Source of the DNA: Squalus acanthias
Lineage: Eukaryota
Length of the DNA: 64,000 nt
Assembly: GCA_030390025.1 (NCBI GenBank)
Contig: CM059432.1
Span: 49,416,001 to 49,480,000, forward strand
Direction: 5' to 3'
Each line of letters begins with the position of its first letter. Position 1 is the stretch's first letter. The position numbers and the translations under genes were made by a program. Below the pieces are notes generated by a model. It saw only the letters and a list, made by a program, of their open reading frames with translations, had not been told where the DNA came from and did not search any database. This document shows positions 24,972 to 36,305 of this stretch, one piece after another.

Positions 24972-27900
24972 TTTTTTTATTTGTTTATGGGATGTGAGAA
25001 TCGCTGGCAAGGCCAGCATTTATTGCCCATTCCTAATTGCCCTTGAGAAGGTGGTGGTGAGCCGCCTTCTTGAACCGCTGCAGTCTGTGTGGTGAAGGTA
25101 CTCCCACAGTGCTGTTAGGTAGGGAGTTCCAGGATTTTGACCCAGCGACAGTGAAGGATCGGCAATATACTTCTAAGTCAGGATGATGTGTGACTTGGAG
25201 AGGAACTTGGATGTGGTGGTGTTTCCATGCGCCTGCTGCCCTTGTCCTTCTAGGTGGAAGAGGTTGAGGGTTTGGGAGGTGCTGCCGAAGAAGCCTTGGC
25301 GAGTTGCTGCAATGCATCTTGTAGAGGGTACACACTGCAGCCACAGTACACTGGTGGTGGAGGGAGTGAATGTTTAAAGAGATGGATGGGGTGCCAAACA
25401 AGCAGGCTGCTTTGTCCTGGATGGTGTCGAGCTTCTTGAGTGTTGTTGGAGCTGCACTCATCCAGGCAAGTGGAGAGTATTCCATCACACTCCTGACTTG
25501 TGCCTTGTAGATGGTGGAAAGGCTTTGGGGAGTCAGGAGGTGAGACACTCACCGCAGAATACCCAGCCTCTGACCTGCTCTTGTTGCCACAGTATTTATG
25601 TGGCTGGTCCAGTTAGGTTTCTGGTCAATGGTGACCCCCAGGATGTTGATGGTGGGGGATTCGGCGATGGTAATGCCGTTGACTGTCATGGGGCGGTGGT
25701 TAGACTCTCGCTTGTTGGAGATAGTCATTGCCTGGCACTTGTGTGGTGCGAATGTTACCTGCCACTTATTAGCCCAAGCCTGAATGTTGTCCAGGTCTCA
25801 TTGCATGCGGGCATGGACTGCTTCATTAGCTGAGGAGTTGTGAATGGCGCTAAGCACTGTGCAGTCATCAGCGAACATCCCCATTTCTGACCTTATGTTG
25901 GAGGGAAGGTCATTGATGAAGCAGCTGAAGATGGTTAGGCCTAGGACACTGCCCTGAGGAACTCCTGTAGCGATGTCCTGGGGCTGTGATGATTGACCTT
26001 CAACCACCACAACCATCTTCCTTTGTGCTAGGTATGACTCCAGCCAGTGGAGCGTTTTCCCCCCCCGATTCCCATTGACTTCAGTTTTACTAGGGCTCCT
26101 TGATGCCACACTCGGTCAAATGCTGCCTTGATGTCAAGGGCATTTACTCTCACCCCACCTCTGGAATTCAGCTCCTTTGTCCATGTTTAGACCAAGGCTA
26201 TAATGAGGTCGGGAGCCGAGTGGTCTTGGCGGAACCCAAACTGGGCATCAGTGAGCAGATTTTTGGTGAGTAATTGCCGCTTGATAGCACTGTTGATGAC
26301 ACCTGTCCATCACTTTGCTGATGATTGAGAGTAGACTGATGGGGCTGTAATTGGCCGGGTTGGATTTGTCATGCTTTTTGTGGACAGCACATACCCGGGC
26401 AGTTTTCCACATTGTCGGATAGATGCCAGTGTTGTAGCTGTACTGGAACAGCTTGGATAGAGGCGCGGCTAGTTCTGGAGCACAAGTCTTCAGCACGATA
26501 GCCGGAATGTTGTCGGGACCCACAGCCTTTGCTGTATCCAGGGCGCTCAGTTATTTCTTGATATCACGTGGAGTGAATCGAATTGGCTGAAGACTGGCTT
26601 CTGTGATGGTGGGGACCTCAGGAGTAGGCCGATATGGATCATCCACTCGGTACTTCTGGCTGAAGATGGTTGCAAACGCTTCAGCCTTGTCTTTTGCACT
26701 CATGTGCTGGGCTCCACCATCATTAAGGATGGGGATATTCATGGAGCCTCCTCCTCCCATTAGTTGTTTAATGGTCCACCACCATTCACGACTGGATGTG
26801 GCAGGACTGCAGAGCTTTGATCTGATCCGTTGATTGTCGGATCGTTTAGCCCTGTCTATAGCATGCTGCTTCTGCTTTTTAGCTTGCATGTAGTCCTGTG
26901 TTGCAGCTTCTCCAGGTTGGCACCTCATTTTTAGGTATGCCTGGTGCTGCTCCTGGCATGCTCTTCTGCACTCCTTATTGAACCAGGGTTGGTCCCTTGG
27001 CTTGGTGGTAATGGTAGAGTGAGGGATATGCCGGGCCATGAGGTTACAGATTGTGGTGGAATACAATTCTGCTGTTGTTGATGGCCCACAGCGTCTCATG
27101 GATGTCCAGTTTTGAGCTGCCAGATCTGTTCTGAATCTATCCCATTTAGCACGGTGGTAGTGCCACATACACGATGGAGGGTGTTCAGTGTGAAGATGGG
27201 ATTTCGTCTCCACAATGACTGTGCGGTGGTCACTGCTACCAATACTGTCATGGATAGATGCATCTGCGACAGGTAGATTGGTGAGGACGAGGTCAAGTAG
27301 GTTTTTCCCTCGTGTTGGTTCTCTCACCACCTGCCGCAGGCCCAGACTGGCAGTTATGTCTTTCAGGACTCGGCCAGTAGTGGTGCTACCGAGCCACTCT
27401 TGGTGATGGACATCACCCAACGTACATTCTGTGCCCTTGCTACTCTCAGTGTTTCCAAGTGGTGTTCAACATGGAGAAGTACTGATTCATCAGCTGAGGG
27501 AGGTAATCAGCAGGAGGTTTCCTTGGCCATACTTGACCTGAAACCATGAGACTTCATGGGGTCCGGAGTCAATGTTGAGGACTCCCAGGGCCACTCCTTC
27601 CCGACTGTATACCACTGTGCCACTGATTTACGGTGACTGAATAAGTGAACAATGGTGATGGAGGAGTTTGGGACATTGGCTGAAAGGTATGATTCTGTGA
27701 GTATGACTATGTCAAGCTTGACTAGTCTGTGGGACAGCTCTCCCAATTTTGGCACAAGATGTTGGTAAGGAGGACTTTGCAGGATTGGCTGGGCTGGGTG
27801 TGCCGTTGCCGAGGTCAATGGGGGCAGTCGATGGAGGTCCGTCCGGTTTCATTTTATTATGTTTCGTAGTGGTTAGTTACAACTGAGTGGCTTGTTAGAC

Positions 27901-28152
27901 CATTTCAGAGGGCAGTTACATATAGGCCAGACCAGGTAAGGACTGCAGATTTCCTTCCCTAAGGGCATTAGTGAACAAGATAGGTTTTTACAACATGATT
28001 ACCATTACTGATACCAGCTTTTTATTTAATATTAATTAATTAATATTTAAATTCCCCAGCTGCCGTGGTGGGATTTGAACTCACGTCTGTGGATCATTAG
28101 TCCAGGCCTCTGGATTACTAGCCCAGTGACAGTACCACTACGTTACCGTTCC
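24972..28152 (-). mobile_element. Single-ORF APE-RT LINE with a tRNA-like 5' head, copy 2 (near full length, decayed)
   Basis: ORF fragments 27507-27818, 26551-27420, 26248-26523, 25798-26109 and 25033-25548 carry APE and RT motifs; the head at 27850-28152 is homologous to 4718-5100; A-rich 3' tail. Confidence 0.92.
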
Positions 28153-30184
28153 ATAACTGTTTCTACAGATACTGTAGACTTCATTATAAATAAACTAGCA
28201 GATCACCTGTGACTTTACGCATGATGAGTTGGAAGATTCGCTTTTTAGAACAGGGCTATTATGCCATGTAGGGCATGATATCAGGACCACTGATTTACGG
28301 TGCCGGATAAGTTAATGATGATATTCTGGGTTTTTAACCAGTGCTTTGGCGATTTAATTTCATGACTCTATGCTTATTATTTTGTAAAAACCATAAATGA
28401 AAGACCTTTTTGTGGTTATATATTCCATTAGTGTTGGAATTAAATTTTTTAAAGGTGAACATACACAGTAAGATGGTATACACGATGTAGCAGTTAGGGG
28501 TATGTACCCGATAGTTAGCAATACTAGGGCAGGGGATGGACTGACCATATGGATGAGGCTGTGCTGTGGTCTGGCCGAAATGTGGAGGAGGAACTTAAGG
28601 TTTGGCAGAACCAGTGGTGAAATATAGGGTTTGGTGCATTCCTGGGATCTATCAGCAATGAGGGGACATGGGTCTGACATAATGGGATTCACAAAAGGAT
28701 TCTGATGAATGGTCACTGCTTGGAACATTAACATATTGAGGCATATTTTCCTCATTTGCATTTAGACATAAAGGATTGCTGGGGCACAGCGTACAGAGAA
28801 AAACAATCCTAGTACCTCAAGTAGAGGTTATGAGCAAATATAGAAAGTTATGTGTTTTTTTTTAACAGTTTGCAGATCATTTAACACTAACAACAACAAA
28901 AAAGAGCAGTTAAGAAATGGTTCATAAAGTCTTACCTTAAGATGACTTTGTCCTGTCCATGACTTTGTGTACTTACCGTTACCTAGCAAACCTGGATGCC
29001 AATATTAGATGGGTGAGATTATAAATTGATGTCCTGCATGCTAGAAATGATGTGCTAAATGTCCTTATCCCAAAATTAATATTCAAAAATGGTCCCTCCT
29101 ATTTTCACGATAGAGATGGATAGGGATATTTAAGAATTTTGTAGCCAAATCCAAAATGGTATCCAAAATATGAAAACTGTTTTTGAAAAATTCAGGGAAT
29201 CTGAATTAAAATTCAGTTAACATATTTAGATGGGGCCCTGTGCAACATCCCCCTCACCACCTGCAAGACAGGTGAGAGCCAGAGTTTATACCTGCATGGG
29301 GCAGGTGGGTGCTAGGGACGTGTGTGCAGTAGTGATTGTACCTACCTAGCCCATGCTAATTAGGTGCCCTCCCATTGATTCTACAAGGTCTGGCAGAGTC
29401 AGCAGTGGAGGGCATGATGAGCACGATCCCAGCGTAACTGTCAGAATTGCGTCTCGAGGAATTTCAGCACTGTATCTACTTCTAAAAAAAAAGTCTTCTA
29501 ACTTCCCCTTCGTTCTTGTAGTGATGATCCTGCAGAGGCAAAATTTGAGTAAGTGAGCCAATTGGCTGTCTTCTCACTAGAGCAGTAGAACTCATAGTGG
29601 TACCCCAGGGGCTATTTGTAGCCTCCCTCCCCTTTACCTATGGCCCTCAGCAAACATGTGCATCTGAGCCTGCATCCAATCTGCTTGGCTGTAGGTTAGT
29701 GATCAAAATAAGGTTCAGTGCTGTGCCCCTTCTCCTTTACAGCTAACCCCAGTTTTTATAAAGAGGGTGAAAGGGCATATTAAAATATAACTTAATAGAT
29801 AATTTATTCTATAGTTCTTATTTTCTCTTACTATAGACAAGTGTCTGACCATGGCAATTTCAGAGAGTGGGATGATTGAAGTGAGGAGTAGGGAATCACA
29901 AACGTGGCTCCACATCTCATTCAACATATTTCAGCATTCCGAGAGTGGACTTGGGAAAATTTGACTGGAACTGTAGCGTTCAATAAAACGTTACTGAGTA
30001 GCTGTACCCTGGATGAGCTTACTTGTGTGTGTGCTGTGGCCGATAGCCTAGTGAGGGCAGAATAAACACTCAAATGAAATAAGTAACAGCAAGCAATCTG
30101 TCAGTCAACTCCATTCTCACTGTCTCTTTTTTAAAATGAGCTAAAGAAGAAAATTGCCATTAGTCATTTATATTGACCAAAGTC

Positions 30185-30850
30185 AGTTGTCTCGGTATTA
30201 AGCTAATTTGCCTGGTGAGAATGGGTGGGTTCACGTCGGACGCCCAATTCATACTGCACCTGATTTTATGCTTCATTTAACTCAATGGAGCGTAAAATTG
30301 GCGGGGTGTAAATCATCCATCCGACCCGAACTCGTCCATCGTCGCCGGGCGGATTAGGTTAAAATCTACGCTAATATTTTATAAGAATTAGTGCTATGGT
30401 TAACGTGCACATTTCCACGAAATACTATATTGGATTTCCACGGCGGTTATCCCAATTGACTGCCATAGGTTCGGCAAAAGATCTGTGGAAATCTAGATGT
30501 TGCTTACACCATATTGTCGGCATTTCCACAGATTTTCTGCCGAAGTTAGAGTGGGTGATTGGGAGAACCCCACCACAGAAATAACTGGCATATGAATGTA
30601 CAGTATGGTGCATATCCATTTGATTTCCTCTCTGATCTGTGAAATTGATACTTTATGAGTAATATAATTGGGGGAGAATTTCCATGGGGTACTTTTGATC
30701 TCCTGCCATAATTTTGGCTGAAGAACCCATGGAGAAACAGCATAAACATCCGTTTTCTAGCCATTTACTCCAGTTCTTCAGAGGTTTCGCCAGTCTTTAG
30801 CTTAAATTATGGCGAAAGATTGGGGGAGCCCCTTGCAGAAATTCCTGGAG
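30185..30850. mobile_element. Cluster of three short (~180 bp) imperfectly palindromic MITE-like elements (about 30185-30370, 30400-30590, 30670-30850)
   Basis: Self-complementary arms such as gattttatgcttcatt / aatggagcgtaaaatt, aagatctgtggaaat / atttccacagatttt and gccataattt / aaattatggc. Confidence 0.55.
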
Positions 30851-31509
30851 TTCATGCTTGCTTAAAACTGACCTGGCCTGCCACTAAAAGTTAACACAAT
30901 TCGAAGAGTAAGTGCTATCTTGAATACAGAGCTTCAGATTTGCAGAGTTCTTCTTCAGTCTGATTTTTAAGATGTTTTTAAATTACTCGGCTTCTTCGTA
31001 AATATCCTTTTACAGCATCATGTGGAACAAAAGCAAAGGAGTGTTGAGAGCAGGCAATGAGATCTGCTGCAGCAAATCCACTCCACAGTATCGGGTTCAA
31101 CCTGAACCATCACGATGGGGACCAATTGGAATCTTCCCCCTCCTTCTCTCACTTCGAGCTGGAGTAGTGCCACTCCCGCATATCCAATCCATATGCTGCA
31201 GCTGTAACGTTAAAGGTGGAGCCTTTTAAACAAATTAAAAAAGACTGGATAATTAATCATACATGAAAGAGAAACTCTGGGGTCTGAAATTCCTCTTTCA
31301 TTGAAAAATGGAAGGTTGCCAGTATTTCTCCATAATTAAGGACCCAGTAACGAACTCGTGGCTTTAAAATTTCTGCAAATGGGATCCATTAGCATGTCAT
31401 TAATTACACAGATATGTAGGCATTGTTCCTTCATTAAAAAAAATGTGCCTATGATTAGGAATCAGTGCTGGTACTTATAGTTAACACCCTTCAAAACTGC
31501 ACAGCAATG

Positions 31510-33548
31510 TAGGCTACTTTATTTTTAAGCAAATGTTAGTGATGCGACAGCGATCGCTGCTGACCTCAAGGAAAACTGCCCACAAAGATCTCACGATCTC
31601 TGTGGCGAAAACTTTAGCTTTCTCAACCTTAATTTGTAGCGCTATCAATTAGCCAGCATACAGCAGCAGTGATGTCATCAAGCTGTCTAAGCAGCCAATC
31701 ATATTGAAGAATTCTCACAGACAGCAAACCAGGAATGAAAAAGCACTGATTATCATTCATAGAACTTAGAACATTTCAGAAGGAGGCCATTCAACCCACC
31801 GTGTCTGTGCCAGCTGAAAAAGAGCTATCCAGTCTAATCCCACTTTCCAGCTCTTGGTCCGTAGTCTTGTAGGCTACGGCACTCAAGAGCATATCCAAGT
31901 ACTTTTTAAATGTGATGAGCGTTTCTGCCTCTACCAACGTTTCAGGCAGTGAGTTCCAGACCCCACCACCCTCTGGGTGAAAAAAGTTCTCCTCAACTCC
32001 CCTCTAATCCTTTTACTTTAAATCTATGCCCCCTGGTTATTGACTTCTCTGTTAGGGGAAATAGGTCCTTCCTATCCCCTCTATCTAGGCCTCTCATAAT
32101 TTTGTACACCTCAATCAAGTCTCCCCATCAGCCTCCTCTGTTCCAAAGAAAACAACCCCAGCCTATCCAACCTTTCCTCATAGCTAAAATTCTCTAGGCC
32201 TGGCAACATCCTCATAAATCTCTTCTGGACCCTCTCCAGTGCAATCACATCTTTCCTGTAATGCGGTGACCAGAACTGCACGCAGTATTCTAGCTGTGGC
32301 CAAACTAGTGTTTTATACAGTTCAAGCATAACCTCCCTGCTCTTATGTTCTATGCCTCGGCTAATAAAGGGCAGTATCCCATATGCCTTCTTACCCACCT
32401 TATCTACCTGTCCTGCTACCTTCAGGGATCTGTGGACATGCACTCCCAAGTCCCACTGTTCCTCTACATTTCTTAGTATCCTAACATTTATTGTGTATTC
32501 CCTTGCCTTGTTAGCCCTCCCCAAATGCATTACCTCAAACTTCTCTGGATCAAATTCCATTGCCTCTTTTCTGCCCACCTGACCAGTCAATTGATATCTT
32601 CCTGCAGTCTACAGCTTTCTTCCTCACTATTAACCACACGGCCAATTTTTGTATCATCTGCGAACTTCTTAATCATGCCCCCTACATTGAAGTCTAAATC
32701 ATTGATGTATACCACAAAAAGCAAGGGACCTAGTAGTGAGCCCTGCGGAACCCCACAGGAAACAGTTTTCCAGTCACAAAAACATCCCCTGACTATTACC
32801 CTTTGCTTCCTGCCACTGAGCCAATTTTGGATCTAACTTGCCACTTTCCCTTGGATCCCATGGGCTTTTACTTTTCTGACCAGTCTGCCATGTGGGAACT
32901 TGTCAAAAGCCTTGCTAAAATCCATAAAGACTACATCAAACGCACTACCCTCATCGACCCTCATTGTTACCTCCTCAAAAAATTCAATCTAGTTAGTCAG
33001 ACACGACCTTCCTTTAACAAATCCATGCTAACTGTCGTTGATTAATTCACTTCTTAAAAATTTTACAGAGAGCAAAATAAAGATTGGTACATTCTCATGG
33101 GGTTAAGGTAGAAGCTGAAATATCATAAACTTTAAAAAATATATATTTTTATTTCAAAAATCTAGTCATTTTTATCATAATGGAGAAATGTGATTCCACA
33201 AATATAAAATTAGTTTTTCAGGGCCAGAATGATTGTTCAGTCAATATGCTGTTAAAACCCCAGTTACACCTATTTCAAACAAGGCTCAACTTTTTATGGG
33301 GTGTTTTAACAGCGATATTAGAGCGGAAAAGGGGAAGTTTTCATCAGTTGAAGTGATTTCACGGATTGCCGGCTATAAGGAGTTCTACAGCGCAGCCTGT
33401 GGCCGAGCAGGGAATGACTGACCACAACTTCTGGATTTCCGCGTTTATCTGCGCATGCGCTAAATCCTGAAGTTACAGTCAGTATCAGAGGGGTAATAAC
33501 AGCAAACGCTAACAGTTTCGCCCTCATTGCCACTTCAAAATCTGGGCC
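31510..33548 (-). mobile_element. MITE of the 56164-56931 family, split by a CR1 insertion
   Basis: 31530-31757 and 33046-33548 match the reverse complement of 56164-56931; terminus aaaatctgggcc. Confidence 0.7.
31757..33045 (-). mobile_element. 5'-truncated CR1 LINE
   Basis: ORF 32111-32590 carries LYKTLVWPQLEYCVQFWSP; upstream RT motifs are present; tail ttctaagttctatga. Confidence 0.9.
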
Positions 33549-33562
33549 ATTGTGTTTTTTTA

Positions 33563-34263
33563 CGGATGGAAATTCGACTTGCGTCCAAATAGGTGGGGGG
33601 GGAAAAAAAAAATCGATGGAGCGACAGCTCCGTGGGCCAGTCCGTGCTGGCCTGAGGCCCGATACAAATTCAAGTTTGGGATTCACTTGAATACTCCTGG
33701 TGAGCTGTGGGCACCAAACGGTTGTCCTACTGCAATTTGTTGGTCGGGGCAGAGTGCGGAATTAGCCTGCTCATATGCCGAGCTGGCCACACGTTGGGTG
33801 GTGGTAGGTGGTAGGCTGGAGGAAGGACAATCACAAGGGGCCTTGAATGCTCCAGCAGTGGAGATTCTGCGGGCTCAGGAGGAGCATTCCTCATTCTCCT
33901 GGCCTGCAAAAGTTTCCTGGATGTTTTTCTGAGCAGCCTCCAGCTATCTTTTTAAGGATCTCTAGTTAGGTCACTCAACACCTGGTACAACTAGGGGGAG
34001 CATGCACGGCACAAGCTCTATTCATCTGTACCTAAGCTTTGCATTCAGGGTCCTACAACTGGTGTAGAGCCCTGATTTGCATGGTTAAGGAGCCGAAAGC
34101 CTGTTTCAAGTGGATTCCTGGACGACTAAAAGTCGATCGATCCAATATGATGTCCAGTGTATTCAGGTATAGTTCTGGCACGGCAGATTGCAATGCAAAA
34201 TTTAGAGGTCTATGCCGTTTTTATGCCAGAAAATCTGTCGGCCGTGAGTTGAATTTCTGCCCC
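33563..34263. mobile_element. Harbinger-type MITE with TTA TSD
   Basis: Termini cggatggaaattc / gaatttctgcccc; TTA at 33560-33562 and 34264-34266. Confidence 0.7.
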
Positions 34264-34569
34264 TTAAACTGAACATGATGTGTTGGCATGAAGTAGCTTT
34301 TGTGTTGCATCAATGCAAGATTAATCATATAGCTGCAGTATCATTTTGCGAAACTAGCACTGACTCAGCATTTTCTAGTGGTATGAGATTATCTGGAGGA
34401 AGTGGTCTTGCAATGCTTGTTTTATGCCAGTTGTAATATAATTGTAATTGATGCAAAGCCACATACGGGAACTTTAAAGTGAAAGGTAATTCAGTGAAGA
34501 ATTTAGAGTATTTTCACTATCAGAAAATAATCTCCCAATGGCTTCCTGAATTTATTCAGTGAGTAGCAG

Positions 34570-34820
34570 AATCATACAGGGCAGGAAGGTTTTTGATCTG
34601 CTTATTTAGTTAACCTCAACTAGTTTGCTATAGGGATTCTAGTGTTGGCATCAGTGCCCACTAGATCAGTGCCCATTAGGCAGGGTAAAATAGTTTAGGG
34701 TTCCTACTGCCCATCACTGTCCAGCAACCCCTGCTGGATGTATGTGATTGTGGACATCAGGTGAGCACACAAATAGGTTTGGCTGTGCAGTCTCCTGTAG
34801 TCAAATAGCCTGCCAAGGCA
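34570..34820 (+). mobile_element. Old SINE-like repeat
   Basis: Resembles a recalled tRNA-SINE body (ggaaggt...agttaacctca...agggttcct...acccctgctgga...aatagcctgcc); no second copy in the window. Confidence 0.35.
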
Positions 34821-35246
34821 TCTGTGCGCACGCACATACACATACACAGATAGATAGGCATTAAAACTATACCTCAGCAAGAGGCTAATACTTGTAGGTG
34901 AGGATAGAAATTAGCCAGAGGAAAAGCAAAGAGTTCCCCCCCACCACCCCCTCCCCACCAACATTGTTTGAAAAAGTCTGACCCCAGTTGGAAGCTAGTG
35001 AAGAGCTCTGCATATGTTTCAAATGTTCTTCTTTTGCTAATTAGATGAAATACCAAGTAACTGTGCTGTCCTCAGCACTCCAAAAAATACTAGGACTACA
35101 CACTAGCAGTATAACGGCACCATTATCATTGGTTAAAATTTTTTTTTGAACTGTCTGAAAATAGTCATTTGGTGTGAAATGTTACTGGCCACTAAATTTA
35201 CTATAGAATTAGCAGCAACGACATGCTTACAGAGTGTGCAAAGTGT

Positions 35247-35348
35247 TAAAGGAAAGACTGCCAGAATGAAAATCCTTATGGCACAACACAGTTCTACAGT
35301 GTCTGCCTTGTTTACTTATCGTTGGACTTTATCCATACCCATTAGTAA
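35247..35348 (+). repeat. ~100-bp direct repeat, copy 1 (copy 2 at 41835-41934)
   Basis: taaaggaaagactgccag...ttatggcacaacacagttctacagtgtct...ttgtttacttatcgttggactt...attagtaa occurs at both sites. Confidence 0.9.
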
Positions 35349-36305
35349 TTTGCGAAGCGCACTTGAACATCAGTAACAATCCTTCAAAGGGTACCATGCA
35401 TATTTTTCAAACCTTTTGAGCCTTAGTTATAAAGCGAGAATGATCTTTCCAAATTGGCAATATCCCAGAGAATTTCCCTCCCGCTATTTAAGGTAGAGAA
35501 TTCTTCTTCTATGCATTGAAGGGTTTCACATTTTCTTGCTGTATGTAATAGCCACTGGGTGAGTTTAATTAAGTTTTGGTCCCTTAGGAAATCACATGGC
35601 AGGCCAGGAAGAAAATATATTCTGCAAGTATCTTGTTCAGTGATATCATGAATAACCTCTCATACTTAAATCCAAAAAATGAAGTCCAAGGCTTGTCCAA
35701 AACGTACTTGAGGATTCCACAGCCTACAGTCAACTTAAAGTTATAGTGATGTTTCACTTAGTGACAGACTTTACCGTATACATTTTTGCCATTACAAATT
35801 TATGGACAGAGAGTCTGTGGTCATTTCCTCCGTTTCTCTATCTGAAATATTTCTTTCTCATGCAGTTTTAAGAATTGCAGAGAATAGAACATTAGTTCAG
35901 TATTAATTCTTGTATTTTAGATAAATCTATATCAATGAGCTGGGCTATCAGGAATTTGGTTAACATGGGAGGTGATTTTCCCAGCCCCGAGGAGGCGGGT
36001 TTGGAGGCGGGACAGTTGGCAAAATCTGAGGGCGGGTTCGGAACCCGCCTCCAAGCAATTTTGCCGGAGGCAGTTTTGATGGGTGCGATTCGGTCCCGCC
36101 TCCATCAGTCCAGAGAGGTAGTTAAGACCCTTAAATGGTAGTTAAGGGCCTCTATAAACCTATTTTAATAGGCCCTCGTTATTTTACCACATTTTCAGCG
36201 TGTTGCACGACCCACCTAAATCACGCCAGCTAAAACTGGCGGGTTGACAAGTGGGTGGCCTCCTCACAGCTGCAGCTCCACCATTAAAACAGAGCTTTCA
36301 TCCAG

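Noticed and set aside
28930..29000. Possible minus-strand micro-exon (GNGKYTKSWTGQSHLK followed by GTAAG)
   Set aside because: Splice-like signals are present, but there is no recognisable protein similarity or partner exon. RNA-seq would be needed.
30925..30965. Possible additional minus-strand hammerhead (ctgaaga...)
   Set aside because: It has no convincing stem II, GAAA box or pLTR flank.
31016..31229. Possible plus-strand exon after ccttttacag
   Set aside because: The peptide is not recognisable and the donor is weak.
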